Below, piece by piece: positions 1-12,493 of a stretch of DNA of 64,000 bases (position 1 is its first letter; each line of letters starts with the position of its first letter). The DNA comes from Utricularia gibba (Eukaryota > Plantae > Magnoliophyta). Below the pieces are notes generated by a model. That model was given only the letters and a program-made list of their open reading frames with translations, ran no database searches and was not told where the DNA came from. Made by a program: the position numbers and the translations under genes. The stretch spans positions 372,001 through 436,000 of the forward strand of contig CM007989.1 of assembly GCA_002189035.1 (NCBI GenBank), given 5' to 3'.

Positions 1-463
1 TACAAAGGGAGAAAAAAATGAGATGACGAAATAAGAAAACAAATTGGAAGATCAGAAATGTCAGTGTGACAAATAGGTGAAACACCTATTTGTAGAAACA
101 CTAACTTCATAAGATAGTTCCAGGAAATTCTGCAGAAACACCTCATGTTAACTTAACATAACTAAGGAAACAAAGACCGGCGTTCGAAGTCTACACATGG
201 AGAAGAAGTTTCCACACAAAGACCTTGACCGCCATGCCGTTACGCGACCAACATCCACGAAAAGAGACGGAACCCACAAAGGAGGCCTGAGAGCACAAGG
301 CATACAGGTGCCTTAAAAAGTTGTACGCATCATCAGAGGGAAATTGTATCCAAATGATAAGGATAAGGAAATGAATTTTGAAAAGATACTGGAATTCCTC
401 ATCACCTCTACAACAGCTGCTGTAATAAACTCTGCTTCATCCGGGCGTCATGAAGCTTAAGTT

Positions 464-1125
464 TCATCCCCTGTTTATCAAATATTCGTCAACATTTGCA
501 TCATCAGAACCCAACAGATCCTTTCCCTTGACACAGGAAACCATACACTTGCCACTAAATTCACCCCATGATTTGTTAAATCCGAGAATTGCATTACGAT
601 GACTTGCCCCATTCACAAAACAAACCCCAGAAATCAACCTAAAAGCCTCCTTCCAATCCTCAATTCCCAAATCCAACACACCCAACTGAACCAGGAAGTC
701 CTAAATGCAGGGGAGCACTTCTGCTTCGCAAAAAGCTCGCATTTTTCCTTTGCGGATGCGAAACACGCTTCCATTTCAACCGCCTCGCACTTGGCCCTTT
801 CAACTAAATCCTGTTTAGAAAAAATACCGAAAAAAGACTTCCACCAAGGAGGTTTGCATTTCTCTGAAGCGGATACGGAACAACCAATTCGAGCGCCCGA
901 TTCGCACTGCGAGATGATCTGGGCTTTGCAGCGACCGTAGGCTTCAACCCAGTCCCGTGGGCTCTTGAAAGCAAGACGATACGGACCCGTTGAGGAATTC
1001 TCTGGTTTGCATTCCTTGATCACCACTCGCAGAAGGGGAATTGGGCGCGGAAATTGGATTAGGGTCTTCTCCGCGGAATACTCGTCAGAGTCTAGAGGCG
1101 TGAGCGGCCGCGTGCTGCCGCCCAT
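464..1125 (-). CDS. Conserved plant Cys-rich protein of unknown function (single exon; apparent 1-nt frameshift near 681-683)
   Basis: ORF 634..1125 contains RLAFKS..W..AY..C...I..QCESGARIGCSVSASEKCKPPWW..CEAVEMEACF..AKEKC..FA..KC, a pattern I recall from uncharacterised plant proteins. Adding one G to the GGG run joins it to ORF 464..685 (DWKEAFRLI...GKDLLG). Confidence 0.6.
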
Positions 1126-1342
1126 GTCAGTGTGGCGCCTGAAACCCCCTTCGACTCGACGCGTCTATCGTTCGTTAAATCGTTGTTGAACAGTGTACAC
1201 GTGGTATCCAATTTTTTAATAATTTAAAACATTGTTATATTTATTATTGTTTTAATTTAATCATGCGTCATCACATACGTCATTAGTAATCTTCAGCTTT
1301 CCACACACAACCGTTGACCGACAGACAACGCGCGCGTTGACT

Positions 1343-2106
1343 TCAGTGGGACGAGGAAGACGAAGTGGAGGCCAGCAGCATCATTCGCACAAATTCCTCG
1401 AAACTCACCGAACCGTCGCCGTCGACGTCGGCTTCTCTAATCATCTGCTCCGCTTCTTCAAGCGTTAACCGCTCTCCCATATTCATCATCACGCTCATCA
1501 ACTGCACGAAAGAAGCAGAAAGCACTTGGCAGCTGAGCATGAAAATCCGATAAACAGACGATTACAGATGTTTCTTGAGCAGGAAACTTGCCTCGACGGC
1601 CGATATGTATCCATCTTGGTCCCGATCGAAGACCTTGAAGGCTTCTTTGAACTCTTCCACCATATCGTCCTGTCAAGGGAGACATGAGAATGCGATGGAG
1701 TTCAGTCTGTGCAGTCAAACCCATACTGCAACTCTAATGAACGAACGGCGGAGGTGGAATTTTGGGAAGACGATGGCATGATGAAACTACCTTGTTCATC
1801 CTCATCATGATGCCCACGAACTCGGGGAAATATATCCTGCCATCCCCATCAGGATCCACCACTCTGAACATCTCTTGCACCTCTTCTGTCGTGGGATGCT
1901 CCCTCAACGCGAGGATCACCGACGCCAACTCCTCCGTCGTGATCGCTCCTGCAGTAAGCATACCCAATCCTCTTATACTCGTTCTTCCCCACAACAATAA
2001 ACAAAAAAGAAAACTGAGAACGGAACTCGCCATCGCAGTCCTTGTCGATCACGGCGAAAGCTTCTCGTAGATCGGCGATTTGTCTGTCCGTTAAAGCATC
2101 CGCCAT
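1343..2106 (-). CDS. CML: Calmodulin-like protein, four EF hands (CML8/CML11-type)
   Basis: Exons 2106-2031, 1948-1791, 1669-1592 and 1501-1343 give [33 protein letters not shown]...[13 protein letters not shown]...[13 protein letters not shown]...[17 protein letters not shown]. Introns 1 and 3 are GC-AG. Confidence 0.93.
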
Positions 2107-2567
2107 GGCTGCCTGCGACAATGGTAAATTTCTCAAGCTTAAAGGTGCACAATAAATAAGGAGTTATGGTACCCAAATGGGGAGGCGCTTCATTCAAACC
2201 GCCGCTTGACTATTTCCTCTGGTGTTGAACGAGTTCATGGTGACGAGTCGACTGCTGACGCGATCAGTGGCCGAGGCACCAAGTCACGGCAAAATTGACT
2301 TTGAATATGATTGTGTGTTGGGCCTGGTGGTAAAATTGGGCCTTCGGCCCTTCTAGTAAACGTAAGCCCAATAAGAAAGGGCCCAGAAATAATCCATCGC
2401 AAGTTATTTGTAGCTAGCTGCAAGAGTGACAACAAAGGAGAAACTATTTTGCTTTTTTCCAGCCGCCAAGGGCTTCCAACTGTCCGTGAGATTGCGTCGC
2501 GTGAGCGGTGTCGCTCCAGGTAGGAAATGTTTTAGCAGGGTTCTAGGGTTTTTTCTTGGACAATATG

Positions 2568-2940
2568 GTTTTGACTTGGATGCTGTATGAAGCCTGTTGT
2601 CTGCCTCGAAACTATGAATCCGGTAGACTATGTTTCTTTCCCAGGGTTTCGTCTTTTATGGATGGGTTTTCGACTTACTCGTTTTGGATGCTTTTAAACT
2701 GCTTTTGATTTGGGACATTTTGCAGCACGTGCTTCAGAGAATTTTTTTACTGTTTTGACTTGGATGCTGTATGAAGCCTGTTGTCTGCTTCGAAACTATG
2801 AATCCGGTAGACTGTGTATCTTTCTCAGGGTTTCGTCTTTTATGGATGGGTTTTCGACTTACTCGTTTTGGATGCGTTTAAACTGCTTTTGATCTGGGAC
2901 ATTTTGCAGCACGTGCTTCAGAGAATTTTTTTACTGTTTT
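2568..2940. repeat. Tandem duplication, 184-bp period, two copies, in the 5' leader intron of the cyclophilin gene
   Basis: gttttgacttggatgctgtatgaagcc... starts at 2568 and again at 2752; I count 6 substitutions between the copies. Confidence 0.95.
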
Positions 2941-3121
2941 ACGTAATGTAGTGACTACTAACTGAAATAAGATAACAGATCTTTCTCCAGTTATATTCTG
3001 TTCCGTGTTTTGTGTCCTTTGTTTGGCGAATTGGTCATGGTTTTGCCAACAAGATAGCTTGTTTCATGTACACTCTGTCCGTTGTGATGCCTGCTCAGTT
3101 CAATTTTTGTGAGCAGAAAAT

Positions 3122-6100
3122 ATGAAGAATCCAAAGAACCCATCGGTGTTTTTGGATGTATCCATTGATGGTGGTGCTGCTGAAAGAGTTGCTATTGAGG
3201 TAATAATCATCTAGCACTAAACCCTTTTTTGTTTCTATGATGGAGTTCACTGACAACGTACATCCTTATTCTTACAATATGCTGACTACTTTCTCAATGC
3301 AGCTGTTTGCTGATACAGTTCCTAAGACAGCTGAGAATTTTAGGGCTCTCTGCACAGGTGAATGCAACGGAATCTGCACATTGAGAGCAGACTCTCTCTG
3401 AGACCTACTTATGACAATTTGAAATCTAGCGTGCACTTTGAGCTCACGGGCAATAATCTTTTTTACTGATCTCCGTTCCACCTTTTAGGTGAAAAGGGCG
3501 TCGGAGTTTCAACAGGGAAGCCACTGCACTACAAGGGATCAATCTTTCATCGCATAATCAAAGGATTTATGGCACAAGTATGTTTTTTCGTATAAATTTG
3601 TGAAAATAATTTGGCATATTCTGTGTCTCACCTTTAGGACAGGTCTGCATCTCATTCAATGACCATAAGAAGTCCATATGTTGCCTTAATGAGTAAATAG
3701 TGTTTTAATGCATCTCTCAATGCATAATAGTGAAATGTTTGGTTATTTTTATGTGTGTGTGCGGTCTTATCCTCGATCGTTACTCTTTACATATTCCATT
3801 TACACTTTTGAGCATATCTATGGTACATGGATGAAAGCCGAGCAGTCAATATGTAAATTCTAGCGCTTTTTCCAGAGCTCTGTCTCAATGTGGCATATCT
3901 GATATGTTTCAATACTTCGCAATGCATGTGTAGAAAGGCTAATGCTGTTTTTCGTTTTTTCTTTCTTTTGAAGGGTGGAGACTTCTCCAGAGGAAATGGT
4001 ATGAATTCCAAGATATTGTAATTTCAAGTCAGGAAGATGCTCAATATGGCTTCCATCTTCAGGCTCTACTCGTAAGAACCAAAATTTTATGGTTTGCAGG
4101 AACTGGTGGAGAAAGTATTTATGGAGGAAAGTTTTCCGGTAGGCCTTTTTTATATACATTATCGTTTATCTGAACCTTAGTTTACTATCTCACTTAACCT
4201 GTATTGGTTTTCTGTTGTACAGATGAAAATTTCAAATTGGATCATAGTGAACCTGGCCTTCTTTCAATGGCAAATGGTGGTCCTAACACAAACGGGTCTC
4301 AATTCTTCATAATTTTTAAACGGCAACCTCATCTAGATGGGTAATTGTCATATTCAGCATTGGTTACAGTACCTGATTAATTCAACAGTTTTAGTGTTTC
4401 CAGGTCTGCCTTTTTTAGCACAGTTACACATCATTAGCTACTTCGTTGTGCAGAAAACATGTCGTGTTTGGGAAGGTTGTAAAGGGAATGGATATTGTCA
4501 AGAAAATGGAGCAGTTGGGGACAGCCGATGGTAGAACATCTGGACTAGTAAAAATTGTGAACTGTGGAGAGATTTCCCATGCGGATGGTAGAATATCTGC
4601 GAAAGGTTTGCTAGTTGTCTTATAGAATGGTCTTGATCATTTCTAGAAGTGATCTAGAGAATATTATGTCCCTCTTTGTAGGGAAGAGCAAAAAATCAAC
4701 AAGTGCCGGACCTTCTAATGGTGGTTCCAAGGGCCAGGAGAAGGGAAAGCTGAGAGAACCAAAGAATGGAAGGAGAAAGAGGAGATACTCTTCATCTGAT
4801 TCATATAGCTCAGACTCTGATTCTGACTCTTACTCTTCAGAGTCTGATTCATCGTACGATTCTGACTCCGATGCTTCCCTGGATTCCTACACCTCATCAT
4901 CATCCAGTGATGGAAGACAAGGGAAGAAAAGGAGATCTACAAAAACTGGAAAGAGTCGTGGGAAAAGAAGTGACAAAAGAAGTGGAAGGAAAAAAATACA
5001 TCGTAGTAGAAAATCAAGGAGAAAGTCTAGGTAAATGATTTTTATTTGTAAATAAATGATTGTGTTATTCATTTGATTTATAGAATCTTGCTGCATTCCT
5101 GTGCATAACATTGTCGTTGGCGCAGATGTCAGAAATCATGCTAAGAATTTTATTATTTTTTATGATTTCAGTAGTGACTCTGGAAGTTCAAGCAATTCCG
5201 ATGACACCGACAGAAGTGGTAGATCTGATGAAGAAAACTCCAGAAAGGCCAAATCTTTATCAAAAACTAAGAATCCAAATGAGCATGGCGCTCAGCCTAC
5301 AACAAATATTGGTGCTTTATTTATGATTCCTTGCATATGAATTTCGCTTGCACTGAATGTTTTGTGAAGCGTTTTTTTTTTTGACTGATTTTTTTAAGGT
5401 AACGAGAAAGATTTTATAGCTCCTATTACCGGATCCGAAGAGCATCAAGATGGAATGAATGGCAAGTCCCCAGGCAATGACTCGATTAATGAAGACAGTA
5501 ATACTTTTCTGAAGAAGGATAAACATGCAACCACAGGGTTTGACAGCCGTGATCATGCAGCTATTCCGTCACACTCTCATGTTTCCAGGAGATCAAGGTT
5601 CGAGACAATTGGGGTGCTTGAATTGGGCTTGAATGCTGTTTTTTTATTACATTCCTGTTGATCACAACATATTTAATTTTTTAACAGGAGTCAAACACCT
5701 AGTTTTGGTGAAAGGGCTAAATTGATTCCTCAAGCGAAAGGCAATGCTCCTGAAGAAAATGGTCTGGAAGCCGCGAAACATCATGAAGAGGTTTCATTGA
5801 GCAAAGGTGCTCATACATCTGATTCTCATCGTGTTCAAGGTGCACCTGAAACCCATTCTCCAGGTGGAACACCGATCAGGGTTAGGAAAGGCCGGGGATT
5901 TACTGATCGGTATGCTTTTGTGCGAAAGTATCGAACACCGTCACCAGAAAGATCACCTGATAGATCATTTCACTATGGAGGGAGAAACGTTAGAAGGAAT
6001 GATGTTAGGTACTCCGTTTTTTTTTTTTTTCCTGAAGTGCCCTTCCCCACAAGTTATCTACTGTCGAAACGTTAGGAAGAAACACAGTTCATGGTGCTTT

Positions 6101-6735
6101 CAGTTGGAAGAATAATGTTGTCAAAGCTTTTCCTAGTGACTTGTGGATGCTGGTGTTGTAGGTTTCAGAACTACAGGGGCAGGTTTGAACGCTCACCCCA
6201 AAGACGTTACCAAAGCCCTCCAAGAAGAGGAAGGAGCCCACCGAGGTCTTAGCTTTTTCTACATCGTTTGTCATTTCTCTAGCCGTAATAGCTTCCTACT
6301 CACTTGAAAGTTCTTTGGTGTGCTATAACTCCCTTTGCTACCAGGGGAGCACTCCCTTCTTTAAAATTGCACTAATCTATAGCAATGGTGATGTTCAGAT
6401 ACCGTGGGAGGTGTAGGAGCAGGAGTGCTTCACGAAGTCCTAGACAACACCACGGCTACCACAAGTTGAACAGAAGCCCATTGCCAGGTGATAGGTTAAA
6501 AGATCGTGTTGGCCCAAAGAGAAAATCCTACTCCCGTTCAAGAAGCCGCAGTTCATCGAAATCGAGATCTGCCCATGGAAATGAGCCGAGAAAGCATTCA
6601 AGAAAGGTCTCTTCGCCTGGAACCAGAGACCCCTCCAAGAGGCGTGCCCGGAACCCTTCATCCTCTCCAAGAGGCATAGCCACCAGCCCCCCAAGGGGCC
6701 TGGTATCATACGAGGACCTCAGCCCTGCAGGTTAG
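3122..6735 (+). CDS. CYP63: Peptidyl-prolyl isomerase (cyclophilin) with Arg/Ser-rich C-terminal domain, CYP63-like
   Basis: Spliced exons read [17 protein letters not shown]...[23 protein letters not shown]...[44 protein letters not shown]...[17 protein letters not shown]...[12 protein letters not shown], followed by S/R/K-rich exons ending [14 protein letters not shown] junctions are consistent. Confidence 0.9.
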
Positions 6736-7131
6736 GCAGTGTACGTGGACTGATGATGGCTATGATGATTTTCCTCTCCGAAGTTTGATTTCTAGATTTG
6801 CATGACAGTTGCGGATTTCTAGTATTCTATCAATCATAACAACCATCAAAACATTCGGTTTCAGTAACTCCTGCTTGGAAGTGATTCTTTTGTCCAGGAA
6901 GTCAGTAGAAGGCGATAAAGATAGTAATCATACATCAATTACCGACTGAACAAGCAATAAGACAGGTACGTAAACATCCAAATCAGGGAATGCTGATACC
7001 TCTACGATCTAAAAAGCATCTAACTTCTCAAACTAAACTAAATCAGAGTAACACAGATAGACTACGCAGTACAAATGCTCACCTAAGCGAACTGAAGCAA
7101 AGAAACTCAAATGGGAAATGTTTTCAAGAGG

Positions 7132-7725
7132 TCATTCCTTGGTAGTTTTGTTGATGAGGGATTTGTGAATGTGAGGGATGACTCCGCCACCTGCAATGGT
7201 GCCTTTGATGAGTGTATCGAGCTCCTCATCACCACGAATGGCAAGTTGTAGGTGTCGTGGAGTTATTCTCTTCACTTTCAGATCCTTGCTAGCGTTTCCA
7301 GCCAACTCAAGGACCTCTGCGGTAAGATATTCGAGGATTGCGGCAGAGTAAACAGCTGCTGTTGCTCCAACTCTTCCGTGAGCAGTGGTTCTTGACTTGA
7401 GGTGACGGTGAATTCTCCCCACAGGAAACTGCAGGAGATACCAAAGATGAAGATCGAGTTTGGTACAAGTTTCTGATGTAATGTCATGGAAGGACTAAGA
7501 CTCTTGAGAGGCGCATGCAAGTGACAGGAAACCAGGTGTAGACGAATGAAGCACACTATTCAAATTCGAGAAACACGGCAAGAAAACTGAAAACAAGAAG
7601 CATTTCGCAACCTGAAGGCCAGCACGAGCCGACCGAGAGACAGGCCTTTTTTTATCCTTCTCCTTGGCAGCTGCAGCCGCAGTTGTCTTCCCAGCCACAA
7701 GCCCCTTACCTCCTTTTCCAGCCAT
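7132..7725 (-). CDS. H2A.Z: Histone variant H2A.Z
   Basis: MAGKGGKGL...SRSARAGLQ|[11 protein letters not shown]...[73 protein letters not shown]; one GT-AG intron. Confidence 0.97.
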
Positions 7726-9077
7726 TATGTTCCTTACAGTAGCACTAATCGTTCAAAACATAAAAATCAGGCCTTTATCCAAAAATACAAGTACACTCCT
7801 TTCTCAAACAAAAACCCCAAACACCATAGCATCAACGTTTTCCAAATCCAGACCACAAAACAAATCAACAGCAGCTAGGATGAAGATAACCAGAGCTAGC
7901 CGAAACCCGAGTTATAGCCAAACACGAAAAAGATTAGGAAGAGAACGAATCAGTCAACAACAACAAAAAAAAGAATCTTACCTCGAGAATGAGAGAAAAA
8001 CCGACGAACCCACGCGTAGAAAACCAGACCAGAGAAGCTTCGTAGTGGAATTTATTCCAAAATCAAACTGTACGGAGCGAAACTCTGGCGGTTATCTTTG
8101 GTGGGAAACCCAAATTCAACCAAAAATTTCGAGGGGGTGACTTTTTCGAATGAATTAATACTTCTATTGGGCCGCAGAAAACCTTCGTATCACTTCTTAC
8201 ATCCGGCCAAATAGTGAGTTAATAACAATAACTCTAACGGGCTTCTTACATCCGGCCCATTAGCCATTGACCCTGCCACGTGTAATGTTTGCTATAAACT
8301 TAAATCAGATTAAAATCCAAATAAATTGTCTGACTTGTCCCTTTTGTTATCCGCCCCGCCCAACAGGATCGGATGGCAAAGAGATGGTTCTAGAAGCTGT
8401 GCATCATCCGGATACGTGGACCGGGCGTCCCAGCTAAAGCATTTGGCTCAAGTGTCGCTCTCGACACGTGTGGGACACCGAACGTGCCGTGTCGTCATTC
8501 CCGCGGCCATATCCTCGACACCCACACAGTTGTTCCTTTCTCATCCTCGCACAAAAAAACTGTGATTTTGGCATAAAGATGCCGAGTGCTGGTTTTCCGG
8601 AATCGAAGCTAACCGCGCGCGGTGATCGAATCTCCGGTGACCGGGCGGGTAGCGTTACGGTGACGAATGTGCTTTTGCCGTAATCGAAATCCCTAAAGCG
8701 TATTCAATTCGAAAACGGTGATTGATTGGGTGACGGCGTTCAGGAGATATTCTTCTATTCCTTTCGTTGCCTTGCGAGTAGGATCAACATACAATCCAGT
8801 ATTAAACGCGGCGATGCTGGTAATCCAATCTCATAAAGGGTGCTAGGATGGATGTTCTGTTCTTGTCAGGCTTTTTGCAGATCTGCGAGCTCTCAGCCAA
8901 ATTATTGGATAGGTTTGAGTTTGCAGAATAGGTGATCAGTGGATCGGTAATTGATCTTGGTCGAATTTTTAGGGATCGGTTTCTGTGTTTTTTGGGTGGG
9001 TTCTAAAAGTCTTCTCAGTTGACTCAGTCCGTAAGCCCCGTTTCACATCTTCATGGATTCCGTTTGAAACTTCCGCC

Positions 9078-10293
9078 ATGAAAATCCAACCGCTTGATTT
9101 TGAAGAGCCGCCTCCGCCTCAACCGACGAAAAGTGACCCGTCGGCGAAGCTGGTGTTCCGGTCGAGATTTAAGCGCCTTTTCGAGCGTCCTTTTTCCGGC
9201 GTCTTGAAGATATCGTCGCCGGAAAAGACTGATAACTGCAACAGGGGGGATGCTACGGACGAGTTCGAGGCGAATACAGCTTCTCTGTCGAAGATGGTGC
9301 AGAATTTTATGGAAGAAGAGTACCATCACCAACAGAGGTGTGGAAGAAACCGCTGCAACTGTTTCAATGGGAAGTGCACAGATAGCTCAGACGATGAAGA
9401 TAACTATTATACGTCTTTTCTTAGCGAAGCATGTGAAGCTCTCAAGGTAAATAACAGCTCATCGACATGGTTTTTTTCTAGATTCTCATTGCGTAGATTT
9501 ACGTATTTGAAATGTCGGTGAACAGAATTTGGTACCCTGTTTTTCTGCCTCTGAAAGAAACCTGCTCGCTGATGTCTCGCATCTCGTTGAGAGGAACAAG
9601 ATGTGTAAGCTCAAGGATGAGACTTGCAGAGCAGGGGTCGTAGATGGGTTGATTGGCGTTGGCTATAAGGCATCAATCTGCAGATCTAAATGGGAAAAAT
9701 CATCGTCCATGTCCCCGCCTGGTAATCAATCCATCTTTCTCGCTGTTCTGTTTTCGGCAGCTAAAGTTCATTGATAAACCAGTGAAGCATTTTCCTGTGC
9801 AGGGGTACATGAGTATATAGAAGTGGTGATCCATGGCGAAAGATTGATAACCGATATATCTTTCAGAGCAGAGTTCGAGATGGCAAGATCAAGCAAGGGA
9901 TACAAATTCCTTCTGCAAATGCTCCCCAACATATTTGTGGGGAAACCAGACCGTCTTGAGAAGATAATCGACATCGTCTCCGAAGCAGCTAAGCTGAGCC
10001 TAAAGAAGAAAGGGATGTCACTTCCCCCATGGCGTAAAGCTGATTACATGAAAGCAAAATGGCTGTCTCCATCTCCCTACTCAAATTCATCATCCAAAGG
10101 CAAGCCCCTCCTCACCGAATCCGGTACTAAGGAGCGGCTGCAGAGCGTTGGTTTAGACCATGGGCTGCTAGAATTCAAACCCAGAATCCTGAAAACTCGC
10201 AACAGAGCCATGGTTAAGGTGAAGACAGGGTTGGCTTCAATGATGGAGGATCAACCCCAAACCTCGGTGGAGGTTCTGACAGATGCTCCCTGA
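9078..10293 (+). CDS. DUF506 family protein
   Basis: MKIQPLD N-terminus, LSKMVQNFMEE, GRNRCNCFNG, ICRSKWEKS...G.HEYIEV, FRAEFEMAR, FVGKPDRL, LPPWRKADYMKAKWLS; three exons with GT-AG junctions. Confidence 0.9.
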
Positions 10294-11436
10294 AGCAAGG
10301 CGTGTGTGTGGTGCCATTTTTTTTGTGATCGGTATCTTTCCTTTCCATTTTGCGAATCCCCTTCGGCTTTTTAGTAAGGGCATTAGCCATCAGTCACCTA
10401 ATCAGTCCTGCCAAGTCCAGGCTTCTGCAACTCCCCTCCTATCCCATCCATCCCATGTCCTCGGGGCAGGAGAAGTGGGTTTTTCCTGGTGCTTGCTGCT
10501 TTTGCAAATACCCGTTTTATCAGGGGTATTGCTGCTAATATTTCTATGTATCCAGTCTGTAGTCTGTAACCTCCCATGTTAGTACAACACCGTCATACTA
10601 ATTAATACTATTGTCTGAATATTATTTATTGATGAATAGGTATTGGGGGGAAAAAAGACCACAGCAGCGGCAGCAGAAAGATGAAACGACGTCGTATTAA
10701 GTTAAAAGCAATTAAAGGCATGGCGCCTCAGGTCATTACACTCCACCGCCCTAATGCCATGTTTCTCGAGTAGGATTCATGATTTTTGTGCATTAACTTC
10801 GATTGACTCGCAATTAATCAATGGTTCCTTCCAGTACTTGCGCTCCTAATTCATCCAGCCCTAGGCGCTTAGTAAGGGCTACGACATTAAATCCACGTTA
10901 TCCTGTCGAGGATGTGCAGCAGAAAAGAGTTTGTGTGTTTCGGATGTTTGGGCCTTTTGAAAGGGATGAGATTTGTGGCTTGCTGGGCCGGGTAGCTCCG
11001 CATCGGAGTTCGGGCTCATTATTCCTGGAGCCGACGGCGCTGCTAAGCACTGGTACTTTGGGGTCCTATTGGGTTAGGGTGTCTCTGGGTACTCTGAATC
11101 TTGGTATGTGTGCAAATTTGTTTTCCTCTGGTAGAACAAAAAAGTTGAAGATACTCCCCTCACAGGAACATCAATGGATATCCTTGTCTGATTCTGGAAT
11201 TTCAGAATTGTGAACTCTTGTTGGGGTGCACCTTCATTCAAAACAAAAGGCATAAATCGGGGTGAGATACAAATTTGAAACCAGTTGGGGTTCGAATGCG
11301 CAGAAGGAACGTCATGTATATATGTAGTTTTGTACACAAACATGGAATGCTTTTGCTAAAATAGAAGCCGCCCATCGCCTTCCACTCTCGCCTTTAGAAT
11401 GGAAGATGTGGTCCACAGGGACTCTTTGCAGGTCTT

Positions 11437-12252
11437 TCATTTCCTGAACAGCTGTTGGATCTGCAGACAACCCAGTCCTTTAGCTTCGGAGCCCTTCATG
11501 ATTCTCATCCTCTTGCAGCAGGTTATGAACATTTCCCATGGAACATCTCCCATGAGCATCCAGTCCCCATCTTTGTCCTCGTACGTTGGTGCGTATTCTG
11601 ATGCGGTGTACCCTTCTCTCTCTGAGTAAGCACCTGAATCAAACGGGGTTCATTTGTTACAGTTTGTTCTTCCAATTTGACAAGGCAGAACAACAGCCAC
11701 AGGGAAACATGGGGACTACTTGCACAACTGATGCAAGTTGGTGAGAATAAGCAGAGTTAAGCTGGGGGATTATCAATCAATCAGGAGGGAATTGGAAAAC
11801 AAGCTTACCGAGATTGCACTTGAACATGTTCTCCAAGGCTTTGAGTAGATCAGCGTAGTTGTGGTAGAATTTGAGATCGATTTTCCTGAGATATGGAGCT
11901 CCATCCATGCTCACTTTCACAAACATCCCTGAAACATTGCTTTCCGTCTCGCTGCCCTTTTGAATCAAGTTTTTCCGGTACGATCTCACAGGCGGCCATC
12001 CAACCACTTGCTGTCTGGCATTTCATCGAACACGTTACAGGTTGTCCAATAAAAGAAAATTTCGCTGGGCAGAAGAACAGTCACAATAACTTACTTCTGA
12101 ACAGGGGAATCACCCCTTTTCCCGATCTCCGCAGAAGACCTCTTGCTGGTGGTAATGGTATTCAAACACGAAGACGACGAAGAAGAAGACCGCGTCTCGT
12201 CGGCGCCAGGCAGACCCAATCGAAGCTCAGTAGCGTCCAAATTCAGATCCAT
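11437..12252 (-). CDS. IAA: Aux/IAA protein (IAA1-4 type)
   Basis: Domain [10 protein letters not shown], degron [16 protein letters not shown]1 domain [17 protein letters not shown]...[20 protein letters not shown]...[10 protein letters not shown]; three exons. Confidence 0.95.
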
Positions 12253-12345
12253 TTTCCCTTCTCTCCTGGATTTCAGTGAAGTCGAATATCCCAGACGAAG
12301 AAGAAACCAGAGTAGAACACGATGCACAATGTGGGCAGACGAGTA

Positions 12346-12493
12346 TTATTTATAAAACGGGGTTAACGGAGTTAGCAAACGGCGTGAAACGCCCCCACGG
12401 CCGCTGGCGTGGTAGCGACTGTGAGGGCGTGTCCGGGGGATGAAGAGTCAGAAGTGGGGACACCGCTTTGATGCGGACACGTATCGCTGTCGG
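12346..12493 (-). promoter_or_regulatory. Aux/IAA proximal promoter: TATA box plus TGTCNN auxin-response elements
   Basis: TATAAATA on the minus strand near 12346-12353. TGTC-core sites at 12430 (tgtccg), 12457 (gggaca), 12474 (cggaca) and 12488 (tgtcgg). Confidence 0.55.

Noticed and set aside
69-93. Perfect 11-bp hairpin (acaaataggtg-aaa-cacctatttgt)
   Set aside because: Short and AT-rich; a match of this size is not surprising in 64 kb, and there are no TIR/TSD or miRNA features.
7664-8140. 158-aa plus-strand ORF over the H2A.Z 5' region
   Set aside because: Low-complexity K/Q/R read-through of promoter and leader sequence, antisense to H2A.Z exon 1, with no recognisable motif.
8193-8257. 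16-bp direct repeat cttcttacatccggcc in the H2A.Z/DUF506 spacer
   Set aside because: Real but short; I cannot link it to a known element or function.
10983-11012. tRNA A-box/B-box-like words (tagctcc...gttcggg)
   Set aside because: Spacing is too short for a cloverleaf; no acceptor stem or anticodon arm.
10821-11213. 130-aa plus-strand ORF
   Set aside because: No family motif recognised; kept only as a possible non-coding transcript.
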